The notes: generated by a model not told the origin, from the letters alone. A stretch of 64,000 nucleotides of DNA from Eubacteriales bacterium (GCA_045541395.1 JAZQIZ010000001.1:213233-277232), one strand, 5' to 3'; shown: positions 51,568 through 61,631, counted from the first letter of the stretch. Made by a program: numbers and translations.

Positions 51568-52420
51568 ATAAATTATTCTGTAGCATTGCAGCTTTTAAAG
51601 TATTTTTCAAAAGAACAGTTACTGTCATAGGACCAACACCACCGGGAACGGGGGTGATTAAGGAAACCTTGTTTTTAACGGCATCAAAATCCACGTCACC
51701 GCAAAGTTTATTGTTTTCATCGCGGTTTATACCAACATCAATAACAACAGCGCCTTCTTTAACCATATTTTCTTTAACAAATAAAGGTTTTCCAACAGCA
51801 GCAATTATAATATCAGCCTGCTTACATATATCGCATAACCCAACAGTTTTGGAATGACATACAGTTACTGTTGCATTTTTCTGAAGCATAAGCATTGACA
51901 TAGGTTTACCTACAATATTGCTGCGTCCAATAATAACACAGTGTTTGCCGCAAATATCAACATTATATCTTTCAAGTAATATAACAATACCGGCAGGAGT
52001 GCATGGTAAAAACGAATAATCTCCAATCATTATTCGACCTACGTTTTCAGGATGAAAAGCATCTACGTCCTTTATAGGAGAAATAGCATTTATTACTTCT
52101 CTTTCATCAAGACCTTCCGGCAAAGGCATCTGAACTAAAATGCCGTTAACTTTGTTATCATTGTTCAGCTTATATATTAACTCCAAAAGCTCTTTCTGAG
52201 TAGTGTTTGCCGGTAAAGCAAATTCCAAAGATCTGATGCCTGTTTTTTCGCATGCCTTCTTTTTATTTGAAACGTATACCTTAGAAGCAGGATCATCACC
52301 AACAATAACTACTGCTAAAGTAGGTTCAACTCCTTTTTCCTTCAACAGACCTACTTCTATAGCAATTTCTTCTCTGCAAAGCTGAGAAATAAGTTTACCG
52401 TCGATAAGATTATTCATCAT
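51566..52420 (-). CDS. folD: bifunctional methylenetetrahydrofolate dehydrogenase/methenyl-THF cyclohydrolase
   Basis: IDGK N-terminus, VGDDPAS.VYV, GRSNIVGKP and TPVPGGVGPMT. The start is set at ATG 52420, behind AAGGAAG, and overlaps the lgt 3' end. Confidence 0.93.
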   Translation of the reverse strand: MMNNLIDGKLISQLCREEIAIEVGLLKEKGVEPTLAVVIVGDDPASKVYVSNKKKACEKTGIRSLEFALPANTTQKELLELIYKLNNDNKVNGILVQMPLPEGLDEREVINAISPIKDVDAFHPENVGRIMIGDYSFLPCTPAGIVILLERYNVDICGKHCVIIGRSNIVGKPMSMLMLQKNATVTVCHSKTVGLCDICKQADIIIAAVGKPLFVKENMVKEGAVVIDVGINRDENNKLCGDVDFDAVKNKVSLITPVPGGVGPMTVTVLLKNTLKAAMLQNNL

Positions 52421-53396
52421 TTGATTCTTCCTTGTTTTCTTCAAAAGCCTCGGCAGCCTTTACCGGATCATATCCGTACATAGGTACGTAATCACTATTG
52501 GCCTTATCTTCCTTCTTTACGTCATTAATTTCATTAGAATCTTCAGTTTCTTCTTTAATATTATTTACTGCATTTGTTTTTGGATCAACATATTCAAAGC
52601 TAAATTCAACACCCTTTTTAAGGTCAATAAAACGAATAACCAGCATATAGAGGGCAATTAAAGCAATACCGAATGAAACGATCTGTGAAACAGGAAGATC
52701 ACCCATAACGAGTACATACTGCTGAACACGTAAGCCTTCCATCAATCCTCTGCCCAGTCCGTACCAAAGCATATACATCAAAGCAATCTGGCCGGGGAAT
52801 TTTCTCTTCTTGGAAAGCTTATGTAAAATTATAAAGCCAACAAGATTCCAAATAGATTCATATAAGAATAATGGATGATATGTGGTACCGTCAATTTCCA
52901 TACCCCAAGGCAAGGTAGTTTCAATACCGTAAACCTCACGATTAACAAAGTTGCCCCAACGACCGATAGTCTGGCCGATAAGGAAACCTAAGGAAACAAG
53001 ATCCAAAACGTTACCAAATAAAAGCTTTCTTTTCTTACAAAAGAATACAAGAAAAATAGCCGTTGCAATTAAAGCACCGTAAATGGAAAGGCCGCCGTTT
53101 CTAACGTCAACAATATCCAGCAGGGTTTCAATTTCACCGGGAGGTGCAAAAAAAACGTAAAATAAACGGGCGCCAACAATTGCAATGGGAACGGTAAATA
53201 AAAGACCGTCAAGAAGTGTATTGCTTGTAATATTAAATTCCTTTGCGCGCCTGTCAGCGTAAAGATACGCAATAAATAAACCAACACAAATAATTACTGC
53301 GTACCAATAAATAGCATAACCGAAAACTGAAAAATAATTTTTGAAATCCAGCTCAAATCCAAGACCCGGAAATCCGATTGGCATAGAGTCAATCAT
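52410..53396 (-). CDS. lgt: prolipoprotein diacylglyceryl transferase with an acidic C-terminal extension
   Basis: Lgt motifs (IYWYA, GRWGNF.N.E.YG, HP.FLYES) plus an extra charged tail of about 60 aa. Confidence 0.92.
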   Translation of the reverse strand: MIDSMPIGFPGLGFELDFKNYFSVFGYAIYWYAVIICVGLFIAYLYADRRAKEFNITSNTLLDGLLFTVPIAIVGARLFYVFFAPPGEIETLLDIVDVRNGGLSIYGALIATAIFLVFFCKKRKLLFGNVLDLVSLGFLIGQTIGRWGNFVNREVYGIETTLPWGMEIDGTTYHPLFLYESIWNLVGFIILHKLSKKRKFPGQIALMYMLWYGLGRGLMEGLRVQQYVLVMGDLPVSQIVSFGIALIALYMLVIRFIDLKKGVEFSFEYVDPKTNAVNNIKEETEDSNEINDVKKEDKANSDYVPMYGYDPVKAAEAFEENKEESNDE

Positions 53397-54682
53397 TTTT
53401 TATCCTCCTTAGTATTTGGCATTACAACCGAAAGAGCGCTTGAAGATAAGTTAAAATGATCCTTTGCTCTTAATTCGCAATCCTCCAGCGTAACGCTGTT
53501 ATAAATTTTCATATATTCCTCTAAATCAACATCCAGCACAGCGAGATCAAGTAACAGATTTGCTGTATAATCGATGCTGTTTAAATTTCTTATATTCCTG
53601 CCGAATATCAACTTCTTAGCCCTATCAAATTTATCTTTATCAATTCCCTGCTCTAAAACTTTCTGAGAATAATAACAAATTCGTTCATATATTTTATCGG
53701 GATCGTTTGATATTCCCGAAAAAATACTGGCGCCAAAGTTATTGCCGTACATATACTCAAACTCAAAACCGGCATTTATATATCCTTCTGAGTATAACTC
53801 ATTATACAACTCTGAAGACTTTCCTGCAAGTAATTCCAATAAAATATCTGTTTGAGCAGCAATTTTTACAGCATTTTTGCCTGAAGAACCTGAATTATCC
53901 TTAAATCCAACGGCGAACAAAGGAATATCAACAGCCAACTCTACTTCTTTTCGCTGTCTTTTTACTTCAAAGGGCTCATTAATAACTTGCAAAACGACCT
54001 TTTCCGAAGGTTTATTTTTTAAAAATTTATCGCATAGCTTAATAACATGATCAGGTTTTACAGCACCGCATACTACAATAACCATATTTTCCGGATTATA
54101 AAATGTATTATAACAATCATACAAAAGCTCGGGAGTGATCTCGGAGATAGATTCAACTGTACCTGCGGTGTTGATTGCTGCGGGATTGTTAATGAAAAGA
54201 CAATCCATTAACTCCCAGAATACTCTGGAACCGGGGTTGTCCTCATACATTTTAATTTCCTGTCCAATAATACCCTGTTCTTTTAATACGCTTGCATCAG
54301 TAAAATACGGCGCTTGTACGAAATTTAATAATATTTCAAAGGACTCATCAAAATTATCTGTACAAGAAAATAAATAAGCTGTTTTATCAAAGGTAGTGTA
54401 TGCGTTGGCATCTGCACCGGTTTTAGCATAAAGAGTAAATGCGTCCTCATTTTCATTTTCAAAAAGCTTGTGCTCTAAAAAATGAGCCGTACCGTCAGGA
54501 ATTTTAATTTCCTTATCATTACCTAAAACTTTGCACAAAGTATTGTTTGAGCCGTATTTTGATGCAAATAACGCATACGAAGAAGAATATCCATGCTTTT
54601 CGCAAACAATTATTTTAACTCCTGTTTTATGATCAATTACAGTATACTGCTCTTTTGAGATATTACATATTTTTTTATTCAT
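53393..54682 (-). CDS. M16 family zinc peptidase (active-type subunit)
   Basis: The inverted zinc motif HxxEH sits in GTAHFLEHKLFE. Confidence 0.85.
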   Translation of the reverse strand: MNKKICNISKEQYTVIDHKTGVKIIVCEKHGYSSSYALFASKYGSNNTLCKVLGNDKEIKIPDGTAHFLEHKLFENENEDAFTLYAKTGADANAYTTFDKTAYLFSCTDNFDESFEILLNFVQAPYFTDASVLKEQGIIGQEIKMYEDNPGSRVFWELMDCLFINNPAAINTAGTVESISEITPELLYDCYNTFYNPENMVIVVCGAVKPDHVIKLCDKFLKNKPSEKVVLQVINEPFEVKRQRKEVELAVDIPLFAVGFKDNSGSSGKNAVKIAAQTDILLELLAGKSSELYNELYSEGYINAGFEFEYMYGNNFGASIFSGISNDPDKIYERICYYSQKVLEQGIDKDKFDRAKKLIFGRNIRNLNSIDYTANLLLDLAVLDVDLEEYMKIYNSVTLEDCELRAKDHFNLSSSALSVVMPNTKEDKK

Positions 54683-55934
54683 TTTGGTTCACCTCATTAA
54701 AGAGCTTATAGGTTAAAATAAAGTTCATTCTTTTTGCAACTTCTGCAACGTCTTCCTTCGAATAAGAATTAATCTCTTTTATTGTAGCTTCGATATCAAA
54801 CTCCTCATTTCTGAGAGCTTTAGTAAGAGCAGCCTCTTCAATGGAACCTGCGCTGTCAAAAATGGAATTCAAACTGTTAAGATAGGAAAACTTTGCAGCA
54901 TCAAAATCCTCGTTTGAAAAATTGCAATTACGTATATTATCAAGCTGATTAAGAATTTCTTGTTTTGCAACTTCCATTTTTTCAGGCAATACTCCGGAAT
55001 AAACAGTCATTATATTCTTAAATTTTTCAATTGTAGCCGAGCAATAATAACAAAGAGAAAGTTTTTCTCTCACATTCATAAACAGCAAACTGTTTGGACT
55101 GGCACCGAATAACAATAAAAACAATGTTATAAGAGATTGTTGAAGACCATTTTCATTAAATACAAATCCTAAAGACAGCTTAGCTTGTTCAACAACAGCT
55201 GTTTCTGTTACTTCTTTATAATCAAAGCTCCGTGCTGAAGTATTTGTAATTGAAACAGGCTCACGTTCATAATTAAACCTATTCTCAAACTCCTTGTACA
55301 CAACATTATCGGGAAAATTTCCTATTGCAAATATTTGAACGGACGATATTCTCAGAAAATCATTATAAAATCCCAATAAATCTTTGCCGGTAATTTGCTC
55401 CAAAGAATTTATATCACCGTATTCATAAATACTGTGAGGTGAATTTTCTGTTAAAATTTCATTGGCCCTCTTAACAGCATAAACTGTTTTATTATTTCTT
55501 CGGGCATTAATAATATCACGAAGATTATTTCTTTCGTTTTCAACAATTTCTGCCCTAAATCCGTCCGATCCTATAAGTGGCTCAAATATAACAGAATTTA
55601 AGAATTCTACTGCCTCACGATTCATATCGGAACTATCAGGTAAGTATGCGCTATCAACATAATCAATGTAAAAGGATATAATCTGCATATCACCTTTTTT
55701 TCTGATGGAGATATCAAGTTCTGCCCCGTACAGCTCTTCACATTTACATGCAATTGCAGAAATTGAAGGATACTTTTTACAGCCATGCTTTAATACAAAA
55801 GCTAATAATGCAGCTTTTGTTGCATTTTCATAAGAAAGAGGGATTATAAAATTAACACATAAAAAATTTGTTTTGAATTTATTTAAATTAATCCTATTAA
55901 AAACAACAGATTCGCAAATCTTGGCTTTATCCAT
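54675..55934 (-). CDS. M16 family peptidase-like protein (no HxxEH, non-catalytic partner)
   Basis: It has the length and fold pattern of an M16 family member but lacks HxxEH. Translationally coupled upstream of the active subunit, like the YmfF/YmfH pair. Confidence 0.7.
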   Translation of the reverse strand: MDKAKICESVVFNRINLNKFKTNFLCVNFIIPLSYENATKAALLAFVLKHGCKKYPSISAIACKCEELYGAELDISIRKKGDMQIISFYIDYVDSAYLPDSSDMNREAVEFLNSVIFEPLIGSDGFRAEIVENERNNLRDIINARRNNKTVYAVKRANEILTENSPHSIYEYGDINSLEQITGKDLLGFYNDFLRISSVQIFAIGNFPDNVVYKEFENRFNYEREPVSITNTSARSFDYKEVTETAVVEQAKLSLGFVFNENGLQQSLITLFLLLFGASPNSLLFMNVREKLSLCYYCSATIEKFKNIMTVYSGVLPEKMEVAKQEILNQLDNIRNCNFSNEDFDAAKFSYLNSLNSIFDSAGSIEEAALTKALRNEEFDIEATIKEINSYSKEDVAEVAKRMNFILTYKLFNEVNQNE

Positions 55935-56024
55935 TATGCACCTCCGAAAAATACTTATATAGTTTACATATTTTCATAAGAAAAGTCAATTAAATATTAG
56001 TTAATTATTATTTTGCACTAATAC

Positions 56025-56050
56025 GAAAAATACATACCCAAAGGTATGTA
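56025..56050 (-). terminator. rho-independent terminator of the dnaX-ybaB-recR-mrnC operon
   Basis: Stem tacatacc / ggtatgta, followed on the minus strand by TTTTT. Confidence 0.7.
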
Positions 56051-56051
56051 T

Positions 56052-56447
56052 TTATATTATAAGATAATTATAAATTGCATCAAAAAGCTGTTCTATTCTA
56101 TCATTATTACCAACAAGATAATTATAGCCAAAAACAGCTTCAAGAGCGGTAGCTTTATGGTAGTCAGCGCGGGAGGCATGTTTTGCAATATTAACGGGAT
56201 TTGAATTTCTTGCTCTGTGAAAAACGCTGTTTTCTTTTTCATCCAACATAGGTAAAAGCACTTCACAAGCCTTACTTTGTGCAATTGCAGAAACATAATT
56301 CAAAGCCATCTTATGTAAAACCCCAGGCGGATATTTACCGCTTTTAATAAGACGCTCTCTAACCAAAACCTCATACACCGAATCACCCAAATAGGCCAAA
56401 GACAGAGTATTTTGCAAAAAAGCATTATCCAAGAAAAAACACCTCAA
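56052..56447 (-). CDS. mrnC: Mini-ribonuclease 3
   Basis: RNase III signature LAYLGDSVYEV. 131 aa. Confidence 0.9.
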   Translation of the reverse strand: MRCFFLDNAFLQNTLSLAYLGDSVYEVLVRERLIKSGKYPPGVLHKMALNYVSAIAQSKACEVLLPMLDEKENSVFHRARNSNPVNIAKHASRADYHKATALEAVFGYNYLVGNNDRIEQLFDAIYNYLII

Positions 56448-57046
56448 TCTATTGATCTGCGGCCTTCAAAGGCACGTAACAGTGTAATCTCATCAGCATA
56501 TTTCAGTTCACCGCCAACAGGAATACCATAGGCAATTCTTGTAGTATTAATATTAAGGGTGCGCAAAAGCTTGCTGATATACATTGCTGTCGCTTCCCCT
56601 TCTATTGTAGGATTAGTAGCAAGAATTACTTCTTTGATCTCCCTTGAACCAACCCTTGTTATCAATTCTTTGATCCTCAGGTCATCAGGACCGATGCCAT
56701 CCATAGGAGAAATTACACCGTGAAGAACATGATACAGGCCCTTGTAATCTCTTATTTTCTCAAAAGATATTATATCAGCAGGCTGTTCAACAACGCAAAT
56801 AACAGACCTATCTCTCTGAGGATTAGAGCAGATATCACATTCGTCTCTATCTGTAAAATTAAAGCAAACAGGACAGCTTTTTATATGCTCTTTTGCATAA
56901 AGCATTGCCTGAGCAAATTGTTGAACCTCTTCCAGCGGCATATCAATAATATTGAAAGCAAGTTTTTGAGCAGTTTTCGCACCAATACCTTCAAGCTTCC
57001 TGAAATGCTCCGCAAGGTTTTGAATAGAAAAATTATTGCCTGCCAT
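56444..57046 (-). CDS. recR: recombination protein RecR
   Basis: HhH motif (LEGIGAKTAQKLAF), zinf finger-type 4-Cys site (CPVC...CDIC) and a Toprim domain. Confidence 0.96.
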   Translation of the reverse strand: MAGNNFSIQNLAEHFRKLEGIGAKTAQKLAFNIIDMPLEEVQQFAQAMLYAKEHIKSCPVCFNFTDRDECDICSNPQRDRSVICVVEQPADIISFEKIRDYKGLYHVLHGVISPMDGIGPDDLRIKELITRVGSREIKEVILATNPTIEGEATAMYISKLLRTLNINTTRIAYGIPVGGELKYADEITLLRAFEGRRSID

Positions 57047-57047
57047 A

Positions 57048-57386
57048 TCAGAACAAACCGGGGATATTGAGGTTGCCGGTTATTTTAGACATTTCTTCCT
57101 CTGTTGTTTTTTCAATATTTTCCAACACTTCATTTACAGCAGCACAAATCATATCCTGTAAAGTTTCAATATCATCCGGGTCAACTACATCAGGATCAAT
57201 ATTAACTGCTTCCAAACGACGTGCACCGGTCATTTTAACATTAACAGCACCGCCACCGGCGTTAGTTTCAAAAATTCTTTCAGCGATTTCAGCCTGTTTT
57301 GCTTCCATATTCTCCTGCATTTTTTGTACCTGTTTAAGAGAACCGAGGCTGGGACCTTTAGCTTCCTGAGGGATACGTACCTTCAT
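57048..57386 (-). CDS. ybaB: YbaB/EbfC family nucleoid-associated protein
   Basis: 112 aa, between dnaX and recR, with the typical GGGAV.V..TG pattern. Confidence 0.92.
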   Translation of the reverse strand: MKVRIPQEAKGPSLGSLKQVQKMQENMEAKQAEIAERIFETNAGGGAVNVKMTGARRLEAVNIDPDVVDPDDIETLQDMICAAVNEVLENIEKTTEEEMSKITGNLNIPGLF

Positions 57387-57404
57387 ATTAAATTCCTCCT
57401 GAAT

Positions 57405-58922
57405 TTATACTTTTACTATTTTTATTTCAGTTTTACTGCCAATGATATCATCAGCGGCAGCTTTAATTTTTTCTTTAATATCTTCTGCGTTTAAAAATGT
57501 ATAATAAAAATCTAACGCATAGAACGTGAGAATACCATTAGTATATTCATACTTATCAGGTAAAAACGCAGCTATTGACATAGTTGCAGGATTTGAATTA
57601 AGCTTTTCTTTTAATTTTATTGAAAGCTTATTTAAATCAAATCCTTTTTTATCTATATCACCGGAAGACTCAGTAACAGTTTCAATAATCGGATCAACAG
57701 CACAAGGCAATTCCTCCGATACAACCTCTTCTTCTTTTTTAACAAACTGCTCGACAGGTTGAATTACTGTTTCCTTCACCGTATGTCGGACCTCTGAATT
57801 TTCAAGAGCTGTTAAACGGACGTTTAACGAAGAGTAATCACAGCTTAATTTAGGATCACACATTTTAATCAGAGCAATTTCAGTTAGAGTTTTATTACCA
57901 TTATTCTTAGTTGTCTTTGAAAGAGCGTCAGTCAGAACGTCGATCCAATAGAGAATAACTTGTTCGGAAATATTGCTTGCAACTTCATTAAGTGCTTTGA
58001 TTTCATCAATGGTACGCGAAATAATACTTTGGCTATTCAACTTTATAAGAAGCATATCTTTGCAGGCATCAACCAACTCACCTATAAGATTCTCCATTTT
58101 TTTAGAATCCTTATATAGCCTGTCTACTTCGCTCAGTATCTTGGAATAATTCTTTTCCTTTGCAGCCATTAAAATGCTGCAAATATCCTCAATGCCAGCT
58201 ATACCAACAAGTTGTTTAACAGTATCAACTGTAATAGTATCATAGGTTTGACATTGTTCTAAAAGCGAAAGACCATCACGAAGCGCACCATCAGCCAAGA
58301 TACCCAAATAATCTGCAGCCTCTTTCTTAAGATTGATATGGTCCTGCTCAGCAATATAGGTTAATCTGTTTGAAATTATATCAGAAGAAAGCCTTTTAAA
58401 ATCAAAGCGTTGACAGCGTGAAAGAATCGTTGCAGGAACCTTCTGAACTTCCGTGGTTGCTAAAATGAATACCGTATGTGAAGGAGGCTCTTCAAGGGTT
58501 TTTAGCAAAGCATTAAAAGCATTTCCGGTCATCATATGAACTTCGTCAACAATATAAACCTTAAATCTGCCTACAGAAGGAGCAAACATTACTTCATCAA
58601 TAAGCTTTCTTACATCCTCTACCTTACTTTTACTTGCAGCGTCGATTTCAACAATATCATAAAGAGTATCTGTTTCTGCCATTTGGCAATTCATACACTT
58701 ACCGCAAGGCTCACCGTTCTCGCTTTCAAGACAATTAAGGGCCTTTGCCATAATTTTAGCGCAAGTCGTTTTACCTGTACCCCTGGTTCCTGTAAAAAGA
58801 TAGGCATGACCTGTTTTGCCGGATTCGATTTGTTTTTTCAGGGTATGAGTAATATGCTCCTGCCCGCTAACCTCTTCAAAACGGGTAGGACGCCATTTTC
58901 TGTACAAGGCCTGATATGACAT
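57405..58922 (-). CDS. dnaX: DNA polymerase III subunits gamma/tau
   Basis: MSYQALYRKWRP N-terminus, Walker A GTRGTGKTT, a zinc module (C..C..C..C) and SRC. The start is set at ATG 58922, behind AGAGGTG. Confidence 0.95.
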   Translation of the reverse strand: MSYQALYRKWRPTRFEEVSGQEHITHTLKKQIESGKTGHAYLFTGTRGTGKTTCAKIMAKALNCLESENGEPCGKCMNCQMAETDTLYDIVEIDAASKSKVEDVRKLIDEVMFAPSVGRFKVYIVDEVHMMTGNAFNALLKTLEEPPSHTVFILATTEVQKVPATILSRCQRFDFKRLSSDIISNRLTYIAEQDHINLKKEAADYLGILADGALRDGLSLLEQCQTYDTITVDTVKQLVGIAGIEDICSILMAAKEKNYSKILSEVDRLYKDSKKMENLIGELVDACKDMLLIKLNSQSIISRTIDEIKALNEVASNISEQVILYWIDVLTDALSKTTKNNGNKTLTEIALIKMCDPKLSCDYSSLNVRLTALENSEVRHTVKETVIQPVEQFVKKEEEVVSEELPCAVDPIIETVTESSGDIDKKGFDLNKLSIKLKEKLNSNPATMSIAAFLPDKYEYTNGILTFYALDFYYTFLNAEDIKEKIKAAADDIIGSKTEIKIVKV

Positions 58923-58949
58923 CTTTAAACTCACCTCTTAAAAAACATT

Positions 58950-59054
58950 AAAAAAAGAGACAGGTTACCTACTGCGCCCGGAGTGAACTGCTTAATGCTG
59001 CTCGGTTCCCCGCCTGACATGGTTCACAGCCATCCGCCGCGTAGGACCTGTCCC
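58950..59054 (-). ncRNA. ffs: signal recognition particle RNA, short 4.5S-like form
   Basis: The minus strand reads GGGACAGGUCC...CAUGUCAGGCGGGGAACCGAGCAGCAUUAAGCAG...ACCUGUCUC followed by a U-run. The domain IV consensus GUCAGG..GGAA..AGCAGC is present. The 5' and 3' ends pair (GGGACAGGU / ACCUGUCUC). It occupies the canonical position upstream of dnaX. Confidence 0.85.
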
Positions 59055-59059
59055 ATATT

Positions 59060-59088
59060 ATTATACACTATATGTAATCAAATTTCAA
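59060..59088 (-). promoter_or_regulatory. sigma-A type promoter of ffs
   Basis: On the minus strand: TTGAAA (59088-59083), a 17-nt spacer, then TATAAT (59065-59060). The RNA 5' G lies 6 nt downstream. Confidence 0.7.
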
Positions 59089-59090
59089 GA

Positions 59091-59735
59091 TTAGTTTTTA
59101 AGAAGTTTTATAACTTCCTCAGGATTTTGCGCATTAAAAACAGCACTGCCGGCTACAAGTACATCGGTACCCGCGTTTTTCAATATAGCAGCATTATCTG
59201 TATTTACACCACCATCCACTTCAATTAAAAAACTAAGGCCATTTTCTTTTCTATATTCATTGAGAAATTCTATCTTACTAACCATATCAGCCATAAATTT
59301 CTGGCCGCCAAAACCCGGTTCTACTGTCATAATCAGAACCATATCAAGTTGATCTATATATGGCAGTACTTCTTTTACGTCTGTTTTAGGTTTTACTGTA
59401 AGTGCAGCCTTTTTTCCGTTTTTCTTAATCAGATCAATACATTCCTGTATTTTATCGGTGCTTTCAGTATGAACTGTAATAATATCTGCACCTGCAGCAG
59501 CAAAATCATTAATATATCTTTCAGGGTTCATAATCATTAAATGAACGTCGAATACAGCCTGAGAGGTTTTTCTCAAGGACTTGATAACACAAGGCCCTAA
59601 AGTAATATTAGGAACAAAAAAACCATCCATTACGTCTATATGCAAATATTCCGCACCGGCATTTACAACCATAGCAGAGTCACTTGCAAGTTTAGAAAAA
59701 TCAGCAGATAAAAGTGAAGGCGCAACAATAGCCAT
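59091..59735 (-). CDS. rpe: ribulose-phosphate 3-epimerase
   Basis: PSLLSADF, HIDVMDG.FVPN and MTVEPGFGGQKF. Confidence 0.96.
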   Translation of the reverse strand: MAIVAPSLLSADFSKLASDSAMVVNAGAEYLHIDVMDGFFVPNITLGPCVIKSLRKTSQAVFDVHLMIMNPERYINDFAAAGADIITVHTESTDKIQECIDLIKKNGKKAALTVKPKTDVKEVLPYIDQLDMVLIMTVEPGFGGQKFMADMVSKIEFLNEYRKENGLSFLIEVDGGVNTDNAAILKNAGTDVLVAGSAVFNAQNPEEVIKLLKN

Positions 59736-59846
59736 AACAATCCTCCAAAATAATTTTTATTAATTATAACATATTATACTGATAAAGAAAAGTTGATTTT
59801 ACAAATAAAATATAGTATAATTATAAAAAAAGAAAGGATATTTTGT

Positions 59847-60320
59847 ATGTACGCAGTTAATGATAAGGTATTTTGCCATATGCATGGCGCAGGTACTATA
59901 GAATGTATTGAGGACATTGAAATAGAAGGAAAAGTCAAAAAATACTACGTTGTCGGTCTTATTAACAGCAGAATGAAAATTAAAGTGCCGGTACAAAACA
60001 ATGCTTCACTTATCAGAAATATTTCTTCCGCTGAAACTGCACAAAATATGCTTATGAACATCGGAACGCTTGAGATTTCGGAATCGGATAATTGGACCAA
60101 AAGATATCGTGAAAATATGGATAGATTACGCACCGGTGATATACTGCAGACCGCCTCAGTATTAAAAAGTCTTCTTATGAGAAACAGAATTAAAACTCTT
60201 TCTGCCGGTGAAAGGAAAATGCTTCAAAGCGTTAAACAAATTTTAATAAGTGAATTGGTATTGGCATTGGATAAAGACAGTACCGAAATAGAGAATTATA
60301 TATACGATGCCATAGGTTAA
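59847..60320 (+). CDS. carD: CarD/CdnL family transcriptional regulator
   Basis: The N-terminal Tudor-like domain (GD.V.H..HG.G.I) is approximated by NDKVFCHMHGAGTIE. It sits directly upstream of ispD-ispF, as is conserved in Firmicutes. Confidence 0.8.
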   Translation: MYAVNDKVFCHMHGAGTIECIEDIEIEGKVKKYYVVGLINSRMKIKVPVQNNASLIRNISSAETAQNMLMNIGTLEISESDNWTKRYRENMDRLRTGDILQTASVLKSLLMRNRIKTLSAGERKMLQSVKQILISELVLALDKDSTEIENYIYDAIG

Positions 60321-60351
60321 ATTTCCTATGGCATTATTTTGGAGATATGTT

Positions 60352-61074
60352 ATGAAACTGCTGAATAAATTATTTAATCTGAAATATACTTCGGCCATTA
60401 TAGTTGCCGCAGGCAGCGGTACAAGAATGAACAGCGAGTGCCCAAAACAAATGCTTTCTATTGATTCTGTTCCTGTAATAGCAAGAACCGCACTTGCTTT
60501 CGAAAAAGCTGAAACTATAAGTGAGATTATAGTTGTTACCAACAACGAACTTATAGAACCGATTGCTGAAATAATGGATAAATACAATATTTCAAAGCTC
60601 TCTAAAATAGTTTTAGGTGGAAGCACAAGGCAATTATCTGTACTTAGCGGTATTGAGGCCGTATCAAAAAAAGCAAAATATATTGCAATTCAAGATGCCG
60701 CAAGGCCCTTCACTACTCCCCTGCTTATTGATACTGTAAGTAATGCCGCATACCAATACGAAGGCGCTGCCCCCGGTATTCCCGTTACAAGCACTGTTAA
60801 GACGATTGATAATAATTCCTTTATCATTAACACAGTTGACCGTACAAATCTTCGCTTAGTACAAACACCGCAGACGTTTCTGCTTAAAAAATTCAAACTG
60901 CAGCTTTACAGCGCTCTCGCCCTTAAAAAGGATTATACAGACGACTGTCAGTTGTTTGAAGCCGCAGGCGGTAAAATAAAGCTTGTAGACGGTGATATTA
61001 ATAATATTAAAATTACTTACAAGGAAGATTTAATTTACGCTGAAGCTATTGCAAAAGCGGAAAAAGGAGAATAA
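60352..61074 (+). CDS. ispD: 2-C-methyl-D-erythritol 4-phosphate cytidylyltransferase
   Basis: AIIVAAGSGTRM P-loop-like motif and VQTPQTF. GGAGA RBS before ATG 60352. Confidence 0.93.
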   Translation: MKLLNKLFNLKYTSAIIVAAGSGTRMNSECPKQMLSIDSVPVIARTALAFEKAETISEIIVVTNNELIEPIAEIMDKYNISKLSKIVLGGSTRQLSVLSGIEAVSKKAKYIAIQDAARPFTTPLLIDTVSNAAYQYEGAAPGIPVTSTVKTIDNNSFIINTVDRTNLRLVQTPQTFLLKKFKLQLYSALALKKDYTDDCQLFEAAGGKIKLVDGDINNIKITYKEDLIYAEAIAKAEKGE

Positions 61075-61077
61075 AAA

Positions 61078-61551
61078 ATGAGAATCGGAATTGGTTATGA
61101 CGTTCACCGGCTTGTTAAAGAACGCAAACTGATACTGGGCGGAGTGGAAGTTCCGTATGAATACGGCCTTAATGGACATTCTGATGCCGACGTATTGGTT
61201 CACGCAATTATGGATTCTATGTTAGGAGCCCTTTGCCTTGGAGATATTGGCAAACACTTTCCTGATACAGATGATAAATACAAAGGTATTTCAAGCATTA
61301 TACTCTTAAAATGCGTTGCAAAACTTATTAAAGAAAATAGATATAAAATCGGAAATATTGATTCAACAATTATCGCTCAAAAGCCAAAGCTGTTACCTTA
61401 CATTCAGCAGATGCGTCAAAATATTGCCGATGCGCTTGAGATTGATATTTCTCAAATTAACGTTAAAGCTACCACCGAAGAACATTTAGGTTTTACGGGC
61501 AGACTGGAGGGAATCAGCGCTCAGACAATATGTCTTTTGGAAGTTTTATAA
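61078..61551 (+). CDS. ispF: 2-C-methyl-D-erythritol 2,4-cyclodiphosphate synthase
   Basis: [19 protein letters not shown] and KATT.E.LGF.G. Confidence 0.96.
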   Translation: MRIGIGYDVHRLVKERKLILGGVEVPYEYGLNGHSDADVLVHAIMDSMLGALCLGDIGKHFPDTDDKYKGISSIILLKCVAKLIKENRYKIGNIDSTIIAQKPKLLPYIQQMRQNIADALEIDISQINVKATTEEHLGFTGRLEGISAQTICLLEVL

Positions 61552-61568
61552 ATACCTGCTATAAATAC

Positions 61569-61597
61569 TTGAAATATTTGCTCACAATATGTACAAT
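61569..61597 (+). promoter_or_regulatory. sigma-A type promoter of pduL
   Basis: TTGAAA, a 17-nt spacer, then TACAAT. Confidence 0.5.
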
Positions 61598-61631
61598 TAA
61601 ATAAGAAATTAATAGAATAGGAGATAAAACA

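Noticed and set aside
58983-59228. 81-aa plus-strand ORF (MNCLMLLGSPPDM...).
   Set aside because: It overlaps the SRP RNA gene and the 3' end of rpe on the opposite strand. It has no RBS and its sequence is that of translated structured RNA.
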